DNA from: a virus
Direction: 5' to 3' (one strand)
IMG/VR virus record: IMGVR_UViG_3300049929_000026
Span: 1-64,000 of that record
DNA: 64,000 bases
A program made the position numbers and the translations under genes. Positions 1 through 10,234 of the stretch are shown piece by piece. Each line of letters begins with the position of its first letter. Within the stretch, counting starts at the first letter, position 1. Under the pieces are notes generated by a model that had not been told where the DNA came from, made no database searches, and was given only the letters and a program-made list of their open reading frames with translations.

Positions 1-1755
1 CGCGAGGAGGCTCTGCGGATCGTCGCGCTCGTCAAGGAAATCGAGGCAGCAACGAAGCGGCCCACGGAACTGCTCCAAGAACTGGACGCCGCCCGCGCGC
101 TCCAAACAGACCTAGAGAAGCGAATCGCGGCCTGCCGCGCAATCATCGCCGACAGGGACCAAATCCGGGGCGCCGCCGGGCGAATTACGGAGATCGACGC
201 GGAACTGGCGCGTCTCGGCACTGACGGCGCGCAGGTGCAGGCAGATCTAGCGAAGGCGGAGGCTGAGCACAGCGCAGCGCGTGAGCAGCTGGCCTCCGCG
301 CGGCGTGAGAAGCGATCCGCCGAGGAGCTAGCTGCGCGCCTCACCGAGCGCCTGGCCGATGAGGGCAAGGTCACGGCAGCTGCGGCTACGCTGCCAGAGC
401 GCAAACTGGCCGAAGAAACCGCGCGCAAAGCGGTGAAAATGCTCGAAGACGAGCGCGAAGGGGTGCTGCTCGAGCGACAGGCTGGTTCTGACGAGCGGAT
501 TGCTGGGCTTAGGAAGGGCCTGACGCTCGTGACCGAGATCAGTCCCGACGACGCCTACGAGATAGCGACAGGAATCGCCTCACAGCACCTCGCCGAGGAC
601 GATCAAGTCTTGCGCTCTGCGGAAGACAAGCGCTCTCGTGGGGTCGCCCTATTCAAGGCGGTCAACGACGCCAGGGCTGCAGCCGAGGCGATTACCCAGG
701 AACGATCGAAGCTGGGTCAGCTCGCAGCGCGCGCGCCCGAGTTCGTCGCCGCGCGCGCTGAGATCGAGACCACTAGGGCAATGATCGCCGACGCCTTAGC
801 TCGGGAAACAGCCGCCGATCAGCGGGTCATCCTGGCACACAACGCGTGCGAGCCGCTCCGCACTGCGGCCGCCCCAATCCGCGCCCAGGAAGACGCACTG
901 CGCGCCGAGCGTGAGCCCCTGGTGGCTCTAGCGGCTAAAGCTGATCTGCTCACCAAAGCCGAAGTGCTGATTGGAGAGCGCGCGACTCAACTCCAGGCCG
1001 CCCAGGCCGATCTCGGCCGCATCGCCGAGCAAATCTCTGCCACGCCGGAGCCGGCAATCCCCCCGCCGGCTCCGGACGTGGCTGCCTTATCCAAGGCCCT
1101 CAATGACGCGGAGCAGCTGGCGCGCCAGCATCATGCCGCGGCAGCGGTCGCCGCCCAGCGCTTTACGGCTACCCAGGAGGGTCAGGCGCGCCTGAGCGAG
1201 CTGCAGACCGCCTACGACGCGGCCGCCGAGGAACTGGCCGACTGGAATCGCCTCGCGACCGACTTCGGCCGCGACGGGCTACAGAGCGCGGAGGTCGACT
1301 CAGCCGGACCCGAGCTCACCGCCCTAACGAATACGCTGCTACATGCCTGCCACGGCCCGCAGTTCACCGTTTCGATCGAGACCAGCCGCCTCTCCTCCGA
1401 CGGCAAGGGCGAGGTCGAAGAGTGCCGCGTTCAGGTGATCGACTCGGTCCAAGGGCGCGAGGGGGAGGCGCGCGAATTTAGCGGTGGCCAATCCGTGATC
1501 ATTGGCGAAGCCATCTCGTTGGCTCTCACCGTGCTCGCCTGCAACCGCGCCGGCTTGACCGGGATCACGCTAGTGCGTGATGAGTCGGGTGCTGCGCTCG
1601 ACCCAGCGGCGGGCCGCGCGTACGTCAAGATGCTACGTATGGCTGCCGACTTCGTGAAAGCCTCTCGCGTGTTGCTCGTGACCCACAGCAAAGAGTGCGC
1701 TGAGATGTGTGACGCGCGGATCCTGATCAAGGACGGGAAGGTGTCCTATGCCTGA
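1..1755 (+). CDS. SbcC/Rad50-like SMC ATPase (5'-truncated)
   Basis: Frame open from base 1; long coiled coil, FSGGQ signature, RDESGAALD Walker B/D-loop, VTH H-loop. Confidence 0.85.
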   Translation, partial: REEALRIVALVKEIEAATKRPTELLQELDAARALQTDLEKRIAACRAIIADRDQIRGAAGRITEIDAELARLGTDGAQVQADLAKAEAEHSAAREQLASARREKRSAEELAARLTERLADEGKVTAAAATLPERKLAEETARKAVKMLEDEREGVLLERQAGSDERIAGLRKGLTLVTEISPDDAYEIATGIASQHLAEDDQVLRSAEDKRSRGVALFKAVNDARAAAEAITQERSKLGQLAARAPEFVAARAEIETTRAMIADALARETAADQRVILAHNACEPLRTAAAPIRAQEDALRAEREPLVALAAKADLLTKAEVLIGERATQLQAAQADLGRIAEQISATPEPAIPPPAPDVAALSKALNDAEQLARQHHAAAAVAAQRFTATQEGQARLSELQTAYDAAAEELADWNRLATDFGRDGLQSAEVDSAGPELTALTNTLLHACHGPQFTVSIETSRLSSDGKGEVEECRVQVIDSVQGREGEAREFSGGQSVIIGEAISLALTVLACNRAGLTGITLVRDESGAALDPAAGRAYVKMLRMAADFVKASRVLLVTHSKECAEMCDARILIKDGKVSYA

Positions 1756-1966
1756 CGCTACCAAGGCCGCAGCCGCCAAAGCTCGTCGCGACCTGCAGCG
1801 AGCGCGCGGCTTGTGCACCAGCTGCAGCGTTCCAACGCTTCCCGATCGTGTCCGCTGCCGGCGCCATCTCGCCTATTTCGCTCGTGATCAGAAGGCGAGG
1901 AGAGCCGCCTCTCGCGGGCACGGGACTGACAGATCGAGCCGAGGACTGGCTAATGCCTCGATTTAG
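1748..1966 (+). CDS. small Cys/His zinc-finger protein
   Basis: CTSC...CRRH motif, overlaps neighbouring genes. Confidence 0.55.
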   Translation: MPDATKAAAAKARRDLQRARGLCTSCSVPTLPDRVRCRRHLAYFARDQKARRAASRGHGTDRSSRGLANASI

Positions 1967-2375
1967 TCAAACACTGTACGACGCGAACGGGCGCCCGATG
2001 GGCATCGCGTGCGGTCGCGTCGACTTCAAGAAGTGTTCGACGCCAGGCTGCACCAACCACGCCAACAAATTGTGCGACTACCCGGTTGAGCGGAATGACC
2101 CTCCGAAGCGCGGAGACGCGCGCCTGCACCGCGAGCACAAGCTGATCTTCTACGTGTGGACCGTCGACGAGCACGAGGTAACCATCAGCCAGAAGCCACC
2201 GGGAGGTTTCGGTACCGGAGTTTTGCAAACGGTGCCGATAGCAGATTGGTTCGCCAAGTCGCAGGCTACTTGTGATAGACCAACGTGTCAGAAGTGCTCG
2301 GTGAGCGTCGGTCCGGATCGGGACTACTGCGCTGCCCACGGGCGTCTGTACAAGCAGCAGAGTGAATCAAAATGA
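1953..2375 (+). CDS. hypothetical Cys-rich protein
   Basis: ATG 1953 after GAGGA; LCDYP and CDRPTCQKC...DYCAAH motifs. Confidence 0.6.
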   Translation: MPRFSQTLYDANGRPMGIACGRVDFKKCSTPGCTNHANKLCDYPVERNDPPKRGDARLHREHKLIFYVWTVDEHEVTISQKPPGGFGTGVLQTVPIADWFAKSQATCDRPTCQKCSVSVGPDRDYCAAHGRLYKQQSESK

Positions 2376-3241
2376 GCACCTTAGCGATCGACACCGCAGC
2401 TGCGCCGCTCACAAAATTCGTCGGCGGGAAAAGGCAGCTCCTGCCCGAGATCCTTCCGCGCATCCCAGCGAAGATCAAAACCTACTACGAGCCGTTCTGT
2501 GGCGGTGCAGCAGTCTTTTTTGCGCTCGCTAACGAGGGACGATTCAAGCAGGGGAGCGCGGTGCTCGCTGACACGAACGCCGCCCTGATCAACATGCTGA
2601 CCGAAGTCCGAGACCGGCCCGCATCGGTCATCACTCACCTGCACTCGCACGATGCGAAGCACTCCGAAGAGCACTACTACTTGCAACGTGGCGGGCGGCA
2701 GGAAGGCCCCGCTGGCGCCGCTCGATTCATCTACCTGCTCAAAACCTGCTTCAACGGGCTATGGCGCGAGAATCAGGACGGCGGCATGAACGCGCCGTTC
2801 GGGCATCATGAGCCCAAGCCGAAGATCGTCAACGCCTCGGCTATCCGAGCGGCTTCGCGCTCCCTGCAAGGGGTCACGATTATTCGCGAGGACTTTGAAA
2901 CCGTGATGGAGCGCGCTGGAGTAGGGGACTTCGGGTTCTTCGATCCGCCGTATCTCCCCGCATCCAAGACCGCAAACTTTGTGGCCTACGGCAGCGCCGG
3001 ATTCGGTATCACAGACCACGAGCGCCTAGCCGACTGCATGGCGGCAACCGTCAAGCGCGGAGCTCGCGCCTTGCTCTCAAACTCGGACACGCCCGAGGCC
3101 CGTCACATCTTCGGTCGGCGCGGTTGGCAGGTTGAAGAGGTGAAGGCACGGCGGAGCATCAACTCGAATGGCGCCAAGCGGGGTGCAGTCGGTGAAATCC
3201 TGGTGAGTGCACCGAAGCTATCTCGAAAGGTGGTCAAGTGA
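2372..3241 (+). CDS. dam: Dam-family (D12 class) DNA adenine methyltransferase
   Basis: GGKRQL, YYEPFCGGAAVFF, FNGLWREN, DPPY, LSNS motifs. Confidence 0.92.
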   Translation: MSTLAIDTAAAPLTKFVGGKRQLLPEILPRIPAKIKTYYEPFCGGAAVFFALANEGRFKQGSAVLADTNAALINMLTEVRDRPASVITHLHSHDAKHSEEHYYLQRGGRQEGPAGAARFIYLLKTCFNGLWRENQDGGMNAPFGHHEPKPKIVNASAIRAASRSLQGVTIIREDFETVMERAGVGDFGFFDPPYLPASKTANFVAYGSAGFGITDHERLADCMAATVKRGARALLSNSDTPEARHIFGRRGWQVEEVKARRSINSNGAKRGAVGEILVSAPKLSRKVVK

Positions 3242-3582
3242 CCGCCGAGGCGTTCCGCGGTAAACGCTGCGACCACGGGTTCATGCCAGGACTCTGCGAG
3301 TCGGCCGACTGCGCGCATCTGCGTCCAAAGCTTCGTCGCTACCAGAGCACGCGGATTGTTGAGCCGCCGCGCTGCTCTCAATGTCGGCAACGAAAGGCGG
3401 AAGCGGTCCGCCGTGACGCCACCTATCGCGAGGTCCGTCTATGCGACGAATGCTTCGGTGACCGGGTGAAGCGAGCGGAAGAACTGAAGCGGCGCGCGCA
3501 GTGGAACCGGCCGTTTCGAGATTACGAAGCAGAGCGGGCGCTGCCCGCAACGCGCGCGGCGCAGCTCGCGCCAGACGATTGA
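3238..3582 (+). CDS. hypothetical zinc-binding protein
   Basis: GTGA overlap with dam stop; two CxxC pairs. Confidence 0.5.
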   Translation: MTAEAFRGKRCDHGFMPGLCESADCAHLRPKLRRYQSTRIVEPPRCSQCRQRKAEAVRRDATYREVRLCDECFGDRVKRAEELKRRAQWNRPFRDYEAERALPATRAAQLAPDD

Positions 3583-3686
3583 ACGCCTCGGGATTTGGCC
3601 AACGAGCAAGCGGACTGCATCCCCTCAGTCTCTGTTCGTTGGTCAACTTCTGTGGCGCTTCTGACAACCACCAATGAGGTATCCAA

Positions 3687-4181
3687 ATGTCTGATGAGAT
3701 TGCACTGGGCGATGTCGCCAAAGACGACCTGACCGGATTCGAGGGCGTGGTAACTGGTCGCACTCACTGGCTGAGTAACTGTGATCGACTTACCCTACAG
3801 CCCAGGGGGTTGAAGGACGGTAAGCCGCGGGAGGCGGTGTCGTTCGACATCACGCACTGCATTCTCGTTCAGAGAGCTGCGCACCCGCCCGCCCCGAAGA
3901 ACCCGGATCAACGGGCCAATGTTGCGCTGGGCGACATAGCGCGTGACACGGTGACCGGCTTCGAAGGCGTGGTGATTGCTCGGTGCGAATACCTAACGAT
4001 AGATGACCGGGTGGTGCTGCAACCGAAGACGCTCGACAAGGATGGGCAGCCACAGAAGCCGCACGGCTTCGATGTCGTCCATGTGGATCTGGTTTCTAAA
4101 CTGCATCCGCCGGCGCCTCCGGAAAAGCGCGGCGGTCCGATGGACGACGTTCGTCGCGCTGCGGACCCGGTGCGCCCATGA
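3687..4181 (+). CDS. hypothetical protein with tandemly duplicated domain
   Basis: LGDxAxDxxTGFEGVVxxR...LQPxxL..DGxP occurs twice; GAGG RBS. Confidence 0.75.
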   Translation: MSDEIALGDVAKDDLTGFEGVVTGRTHWLSNCDRLTLQPRGLKDGKPREAVSFDITHCILVQRAAHPPAPKNPDQRANVALGDIARDTVTGFEGVVIARCEYLTIDDRVVLQPKTLDKDGQPQKPHGFDVVHVDLVSKLHPPAPPEKRGGPMDDVRRAADPVRP

Positions 4182-5023
4182 GCGACGAGATTGAGTTCCT
4201 GACACTGCGGGGACTGCGCTGTCATGTGCCGCTCGCGACTTATCCAGACACGATGCCGCTCATCAACGCGGCGCCGGATGGCTTTCCGGCGCGCGTACTG
4301 CTCCGGCCAAAATCATTCGCGTCGTTCATGGCGGCGCTGTTCTGGATCGACGCCATCGGGGAACGCCACGATCATGCTCCACACCTAATACTCCCGTTCG
4401 TTCCCGGCGCTCGCCAGGACCGGCTCAACGACTCCGGCGATTACCTGTTCACCGCCAAGTCCGTCGCCAAGGAGATCAACGCGCGCGGATTCCCGAGCGT
4501 CACGGTGCTCGACCCCCATTCGGAAGTGACTCCAGCATTGATTGACCGGTGCAAGGTCGTGCACGCGGCGGATTGCATCAACCCGCCGGCAGGCAAATAC
4601 GCGGCAGTGATCTCGCCGGATGCTGGCGCGGAGAAGCGCGCAGGCACGGTGGCGCGGAAGCTCGGTGTGCCGCTGATCCATGCCTGGAAAACGCGCGACG
4701 TGGCGACGGGGACGATCGCTGGGTTCGGCTATGATCGTTCAACGCTAGCTGACCCGCTATTGGACGGGCCGGCGCGCATGCTCGTAGTCGACGACATCTG
4801 CGATGGTGGCGGGACATTCACCGGCCTTGCCGCCGAGATCGCGAAGAGCGGATTTGAAGAGCTCGACCTGCACTTATGGACCACGCACGGCATCTACTCG
4901 AAGGGCGTCGCCGCGCTCGCGGAGCACTTCTCACACATCTACTGCACCGATTCGGTCGCCGGTGACCGCGCTGGTGTTATCGAAGTTCCTGTTTGCCAAA
5001 AGCTCTTGGAGGGCACGCTATGA
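4178..5023 (+). CDS. PRPP-synthetase-like protein (Adps-like, NARP1)
   Basis: PGARQDR, LDPHS, ISPDAGA, VVDDICDGGGTF motifs; overlaps NAMPT start. Confidence 0.88.
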   Translation: MSDEIEFLTLRGLRCHVPLATYPDTMPLINAAPDGFPARVLLRPKSFASFMAALFWIDAIGERHDHAPHLILPFVPGARQDRLNDSGDYLFTAKSVAKEINARGFPSVTVLDPHSEVTPALIDRCKVVHAADCINPPAGKYAAVISPDAGAEKRAGTVARKLGVPLIHAWKTRDVATGTIAGFGYDRSTLADPLLDGPARMLVVDDICDGGGTFTGLAAEIAKSGFEELDLHLWTTHGIYSKGVAALAEHFSHIYCTDSVAGDRAGVIEVPVCQKLLEGTL

Positions 5024-7314
5024 ATCCGATTACTCTCATAGATGGCTACAAATTTTCCCATCTGGTCCAGTACCCATCGGGCACCACGAAGGTCTATTCC
5101 AACTGGACCCCACGCGAGTCACGAGTACCAGGCATCGATCACGTGACGCTGTTCGGCCTCCGCTATTTTCTCGACAAATACCTTGGTCAAGACTTTGGAG
5201 CGTTCTTCGCTTCGCCGGTCGACGCCGCCTGCGAGCGCTACCAACGCCGCGTTGACGGCTATCTCGGGCCAAACAACGTGGGTACCGAGCACATCCGCGC
5301 GCTGCACGAGTTGCAATACCTGCCGCTCGAAGTGCGCGCGCTGCCCGAAGGGACCGCTGTCCCGCTTCGCGTGCCGATGCTCACCGTGGAAAACACCCAC
5401 CCCGATTTCGCGTGGCTGACTAACTACCTCGAAACGCTCATGAGTAGCGTGCTCTGGATGCCGTGCACGAGCGCGACAACCGCCGTGACGATGCGCAAGG
5501 TGCTCGACGCAGCTGCGAAGGCCACAGGGTCGCCCGCTGACTTCGTGCAGTGGCAGGGGCACGACTTCAGCTTTCGCGGCATGCCCGGGCCGGAGGCGGC
5601 GGCGCTCTCGGGCGCTGGCCATCTGCTGAGCTTCACGGGGACCGACACGCTGCCCTCGCTGGATCTGATTGAGGACTACTATGGCCCGCTCCCGGACGGG
5701 TACCTGCTCGGCGCTTCCGTGCCCGCCACCGAGCATTCCGTAATGTGCGCGGGCGGCGAGCTCTCCGAACTCGAAACGTTCGACCGGCTGCTGACGCTCT
5801 ACCCGTCCGGCATCGTTTCAGTGGTCTCCGACACCTGGGATTTGTGGTCCGTGTGCACGCGCATCGTCAGCGAGCTGAAAGAGCGCATCATGGCTCGCGA
5901 CGGCAAGCTCGTCATTCGCCCTGACAGCGGTGACCCGGCGGACATCGTTTGCGGTGATCCAAAGGCAGAACCAGGAAGCCCCGCGAGCAAGGGCGTGATT
6001 GAGCTGCTCTGGGATGTCTTCGGCGGGACCGTGACCAGCACGGGGCACCGCCTGCTCGATTCGCACATCGGCTGCATTTACGGCGACTCGATCACCATTG
6101 AGCGAGCGCGCAACATCTGCGAACGCCTGGCGGCCAAGGGCTTTGCGAGCGCAAACATGGTCTTCGGCGTGGGCTCGTTCTGCGTGAGTCCAGAGACGCC
6201 GATCCTGTGCTCCGATCTCGTCTGGAGGGCTGCCGGCGAACTTCGGGTAGGTCAGGAGATCCTAGCGTTCGATGAGAACGCTACGATTGGTGAGGATCAG
6301 CGGGCCGCTCGAAGGTACCGCAAAGCGGAGATCACTGAGAATTCTCCGTCCACCAAGGTTTGCTCCAGAATCACCACCGACATTGGTGACCCAATCGTCG
6401 CAAGCGATGATCACCCGTGGCTGGTATTCGTTCAGAATCGCAATTCAGAAAATCGTTTCGTCAACGAGCCTCCGCCAGACGCCGCGCACACCCGCGACTA
6501 CCCTCGAAATCCTGGACTCGCATGGTTGCGAACGAGCCAGCTGAGGCCAGGGGACAAGATAGCGTTCCTGGACAAGCCGTGGAGCGAGGAAGATACGCGG
6601 AGCGCCGGATGGCTCGCGGGGATGCTTGACGGTGAAGGTTGTCTCTCTCGGCAGTCTGGCGATCGGATCAGCGCCTACAAAGTGACGATCGCTCAAAACC
6701 AAGGGCCCGTGCTCGAAAGGCTGAAGACGGAACTCACGGCTCGCGGATTTACGTTCTATGCGAACGAATCACGTGACTGCGTGCATCTTACTGTGCTCGG
6801 TGGGTGGACCGAACAACTACGCCTACTCGGTACAATACGACCCGACAGACTGTGCGCGAAGGTAAGCGCTATGCTCGATGACGCGCCTGCCCTCAAATGC
6901 AACGCCACTTACCAGACGGCAATCGTGCTGGCCGTTGAGAGCGTAGGCGAAGCCGCCGTTGCGAGTATCACCACATCCTGCGGGACTTTCATCACGGGCG
7001 GCTACTTGTCACACAACACCTATCAGCACGTCACTCGCGACACGTTCGGCTTCGCCATGAAGGCCACGTGGTGCGAGGTAAACGGCGAGGCCCGCGACAT
7101 CTTCAAAATGCCCAAGACCGGCAACGGCATGAAGAACAGCGCCAAGGGGCGCCTCGCGGTGCTGCGCGGGGACGATGGCGAGCTGAAGCTGGTCAGCCAG
7201 GCAACGCCGCAACAAGAGAGCGACTCGCTGCTGCGTCCGGTATGGCGTGATGGATCCTTCTTGATTCGCGAGAACTTCGCGGACATTCGCAGCCGAGTGC
7301 TCGCCGGCCGCTGA
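5020..7314 (+). CDS. nadV: nicotinamide phosphoribosyltransferase family protein (Namat-like), intein-containing
   Basis: DGYKFSH, HDFSFRG, PATEHS, VIRPDSGDP, RDTFGFAMKAT, KNSAKG. Confidence 0.92.
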   Translation: MNPITLIDGYKFSHLVQYPSGTTKVYSNWTPRESRVPGIDHVTLFGLRYFLDKYLGQDFGAFFASPVDAACERYQRRVDGYLGPNNVGTEHIRALHELQYLPLEVRALPEGTAVPLRVPMLTVENTHPDFAWLTNYLETLMSSVLWMPCTSATTAVTMRKVLDAAAKATGSPADFVQWQGHDFSFRGMPGPEAAALSGAGHLLSFTGTDTLPSLDLIEDYYGPLPDGYLLGASVPATEHSVMCAGGELSELETFDRLLTLYPSGIVSVVSDTWDLWSVCTRIVSELKERIMARDGKLVIRPDSGDPADIVCGDPKAEPGSPASKGVIELLWDVFGGTVTSTGHRLLDSHIGCIYGDSITIERARNICERLAAKGFASANMVFGVGSFCVSPETPILCSDLVWRAAGELRVGQEILAFDENATIGEDQRAARRYRKAEITENSPSTKVCSRITTDIGDPIVASDDHPWLVFVQNRNSENRFVNEPPPDAAHTRDYPRNPGLAWLRTSQLRPGDKIAFLDKPWSEEDTRSAGWLAGMLDGEGCLSRQSGDRISAYKVTIAQNQGPVLERLKTELTARGFTFYANESRDCVHLTVLGGWTEQLRLLGTIRPDRLCAKVSAMLDDAPALKCNATYQTAIVLAVESVGEAAVASITTSCGTFITGGYLSHNTYQHVTRDTFGFAMKATWCEVNGEARDIFKMPKTGNGMKNSAKGRLAVLRGDDGELKLVSQATPQQESDSLLRPVWRDGSFLIRENFADIRSRVLAGR
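6181..7017 (+). mobile_element. intein with LAGLIDADG-type endonuclease motif (279 aa)
   Basis: GSF|CVSPETPIL start, SDDHPW block B, WLAGMLDGEG, YLSHN|T end. Confidence 0.9.
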
Positions 7315-7361
7315 TGCAGTGGTCAAGTGACAACGCTCGCGGATCGGCATAGGCTCGGGTA

Positions 7362-7931
7362 ATGAAGCGAGGGTCGCTGCTCCGCCGTACGCCACTGAAG
7401 CGTGTAGCTTTCAGTGGCGTACGCGCGCCTTTGAAGCGGGCCGAGCTGGTCCGCAAGACACCGCTGCGCACAGGGCCGTCCACTCTGCGCCGCACCTCAA
7501 TGGTTCGGAAAGCTCCGCTCCGATCCGGGCTCCCGCAGTCACGCGAGGAACTCGCCATCTCACGTCGGAAGACCTACCGCACGCTCGCCAAGGTCAAACT
7601 CACATCGAAGCGAGTGGGCTACAAGGACCCGAAGTATCTGGCTTGGGTACGAACGCATCCGTGCTGCGCGTGCGGCGCCTTCCCGCCGAACCATGCTCAT
7701 CACGAGACGCTTGGCGGTCGCGGCAAGAGTCAGAAAGCGCCGGATTCTAGGTCCTTGCCGCTGTGTTTTCGTTGTCACGACGACTTCCACTTGGTTCGCG
7801 GGCGCTTCAAGGGCTGGACGAAGCAGCAGCGCCGAGATTTTCAGGACGTTGAGATCACGAGACTGCGCGCCATCTGGGCCGGCATCCAGGATCATGGCGT
7901 AGCCCAAGAACCGATCGCGGAGGCCGTGTGA
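7362..7931 (+). CDS. DUF968-like HNH/zinc-finger protein
   Basis: YLAWVRTHPCCACG...AHH...KAPD...PLCFRCH; basic RxTPLxR repeats at N-terminus. Confidence 0.7.
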   Translation: MKRGSLLRRTPLKRVAFSGVRAPLKRAELVRKTPLRTGPSTLRRTSMVRKAPLRSGLPQSREELAISRRKTYRTLAKVKLTSKRVGYKDPKYLAWVRTHPCCACGAFPPNHAHHETLGGRGKSQKAPDSRSLPLCFRCHDDFHLVRGRFKGWTKQQRRDFQDVEITRLRAIWAGIQDHGVAQEPIAEAV

Positions 7932-8671
7932 GCGTCGAGCGTAACGAAGTCCTGGCGCATGCCTTCGAAGAGCTCGGCCGAGCGTGCGCCGTGGTTGCGG
8001 CCGCGCTGCGCCTGCCAGGAGACAGGAAAAATTCGCTCCGCGATGAGTCGGAGATCGAGTTCCCAGTGCCTGCGGCGAAGCCCAGGCCCACTGCGCTCCG
8101 ACAGAAGCCGCTCACCATCAGCCAAGAACCGGTAGCGCTCGGCAAAACGGATCGCCGGGTGCTGCTCGCGCTCGCTCAACTCGGACGCGCACTCAACATG
8201 GACGAGATGGCATTCCACATCGGCGTTTCCCGTACTTCAGGCGGGTTTGGCCAGGCGCTGGCGGACCTCCGCAAGGACGGGCTGATTGAGGGCCCAGGCG
8301 CGGCAATCGAGATCACGCCGGCCGGTCGCGTGGAGCTCGGGGAGTTCACGCCGCTGCCAACTGGCCACGAGCTGTTCGCGTTCTGGTGTGGAAAGCTCGG
8401 CACCACCCACGAGAAAGTACTCCGCGCGCTGCACAAGTCGCGGTCTGCGCTGAACATGGACGCGCTATCCGAAGCCACGGGGCTTTCGCGGACCTCAGGA
8501 GGCCTCGGCCAGGCGCTCGCCGACCTGCGCAAGATGCGCCTCATCGAGGGCCCAGGTTCCGCCATGCGGCTCTCCGCTGACTTCAGGCGCGCCATCGAGC
8601 CCACCATCGGCGTATTCGACATGAGCTCGGGGCGCAGCGTCCGAGTCGACACCAAGGGCAACGCCCGGTGA
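7928..8671 (+). CDS. tandem winged-helix DNA-binding protein
   Basis: ALNMD...G(V/L)SRTSGGxGQALADLRK..LIEGPG occurs twice. Confidence 0.7.
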   Translation: MSVERNEVLAHAFEELGRACAVVAAALRLPGDRKNSLRDESEIEFPVPAAKPRPTALRQKPLTISQEPVALGKTDRRVLLALAQLGRALNMDEMAFHIGVSRTSGGFGQALADLRKDGLIEGPGAAIEITPAGRVELGEFTPLPTGHELFAFWCGKLGTTHEKVLRALHKSRSALNMDALSEATGLSRTSGGLGQALADLRKMRLIEGPGSAMRLSADFRRAIEPTIGVFDMSSGRSVRVDTKGNAR

Positions 8672-8969
8672 ACCACCTTTTTCTACCCACCCCATCGATC
8701 CGGCACCCTGGGACAGTGACAGCCGGAGGCGGCGTCGGGGGATGCTCTCTCGTGCCGTTGGTTGGACGCTTCGATGGGGTGGGTAGGGATTCAACTTTTC
8801 TGTTTGTACGCGCGTGGCGGGCAGATTGGTGGCTGGCTTTTCCGGTGGCCGTGGCGAAGGCCGAATGCGTACGAGTTGTTGGAAGGGATTAGGAAGAGAT
8901 GACTGACGATCTAACAGACCTAGAGCAGGCAGCGGCGAGCGCGACGCCGGTTTTACCGGGAGCAACCAA

Positions 8970-9422
8970 GTGAGCCAGGTAGCGCGCCGACACTTCATCA
9001 CTTTCTACAGTCCGGGCACCCTGTTTTCGGAGACTACCAGCAAGCCCATCGACGACTGGGACACTCGAAAAGCGGTAGCGATGGCAGCGGACATCACCGA
9101 ACGCCACGGATCTACTCCGTACGGCTTCCGCTTTGAAACCCGCGCGTGCGCGCCCGACACTGACGATGGGGCCGGCGGAACAATACATGGCGCCCAGAAG
9201 GTCATGGGCGCTTCACCGATGCACTTCATAAATGGCCAGGTCGAGACGCTCGCCCAAGTGAAGGCGCGTAACACGGGCGGCGAGGACATCCTGATCTCAA
9301 ACATGGAAGGCAACGGCTGGGATCGCGTGATCACAACGCGCAACGGATACAAGAGCACTCAGCCGTTTACCGATGGCGCCGTGAACGTAGACGTGGACGG
9401 CAACGTGCTGGAGGTCGCGTGA
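8970..9422 (+). CDS. phage hypothetical protein
   Basis: Coupled ORF with GGAG RBS. Confidence 0.65.
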   Translation: MSQVARRHFITFYSPGTLFSETTSKPIDDWDTRKAVAMAADITERHGSTPYGFRFETRACAPDTDDGAGGTIHGAQKVMGASPMHFINGQVETLAQVKARNTGGEDILISNMEGNGWDRVITTRNGYKSTQPFTDGAVNVDVDGNVLEVA

Positions 9423-9907
9423 CCGACCTCAAAGAGGCGCTAGCGGCTCTGGGCATTATCGACGACGGCATCGGGCCCCAGGCTTCAGCCGAGCAGGTCA
9501 ATGCGGCGGACCGCCTGGAAGGCGCGCGGCTGGTCAACGGCATCGCGCTCGATAGGCTACGTGAGCAGCTAGCCGAGGCTCGGTCGCTTGCCGGCGTGGC
9601 CTTAGCCATGGCAGAGCGCGAGGACGTGATGGAATCCGACGCGCGCGCTGATGGCGCATTTGAGGCAGCTGTTATTCACCAGACGTGGGCCGCCAACTTA
9701 CGGGGCGGCCGTGTGAATTGGCTGATTCGCGGCGCCGAATGCAGGACACTCATTGCGGACGTGAGCAATGGGCTTGTGCGACTGCGCGGTGATGCCATTG
9801 AGGACCCCGCAGCGATAGCGCTAATCACTGGTGCGCTGTGCGACTTGAGCAGCGAGCTAGTCGCCGCCTGCGCTACCGCAGAAAAGAAGGAGGCTGACCG
9901 TGGCTGA
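9419..9907 (+). CDS. hypothetical protein
   Basis: GTGA overlap; ends in the repeated KEADRG junction. Confidence 0.6.
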   Translation: MTDLKEALAALGIIDDGIGPQASAEQVNAADRLEGARLVNGIALDRLREQLAEARSLAGVALAMAEREDVMESDARADGAFEAAVIHQTWAANLRGGRVNWLIRGAECRTLIADVSNGLVRLRGDAIEDPAAIALITGALCDLSSELVAACATAEKKEADRG

Positions 9908-10100
9908 ACAAAAGGTGTCTGCTTTCTGGGTCGTGTTTCACATGGTGCCGCGAGGCCGTAAGTGGCGACCAACTAGCGTGCACGCGACGCGAGCTGCCGC
10001 GAATAAAGCGTACCAGCGGCAAATCAACAATGGACCAACGGGAGGGCACAAAATGCGCACTTTCGTGACGCCGATTTTACAGAAAGCGAGGTCACGATGA
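9900..10100 (+). CDS. hypothetical protein
   Basis: AAGGAGG RBS followed by GTG. Confidence 0.6.
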   Translation: MAEQKVSAFWVVFHMVPRGRKWRPTSVHATRAAANKAYQRQINNGPTGGHKMRTFVTPILQKARSR

Positions 10101-10234
10101 CCACGGAGCCAAAGGACCAATCGGAATGATGGACAGGCTATTCTTCGCCGGATGGTTTTTCTTTGCCGGGTTCTGCTGCGGCGGGCTGTCCTTGCCGTGG
10201 TTGGCCACGAAGAAGGAAAGGAAGGAGGCTGACC

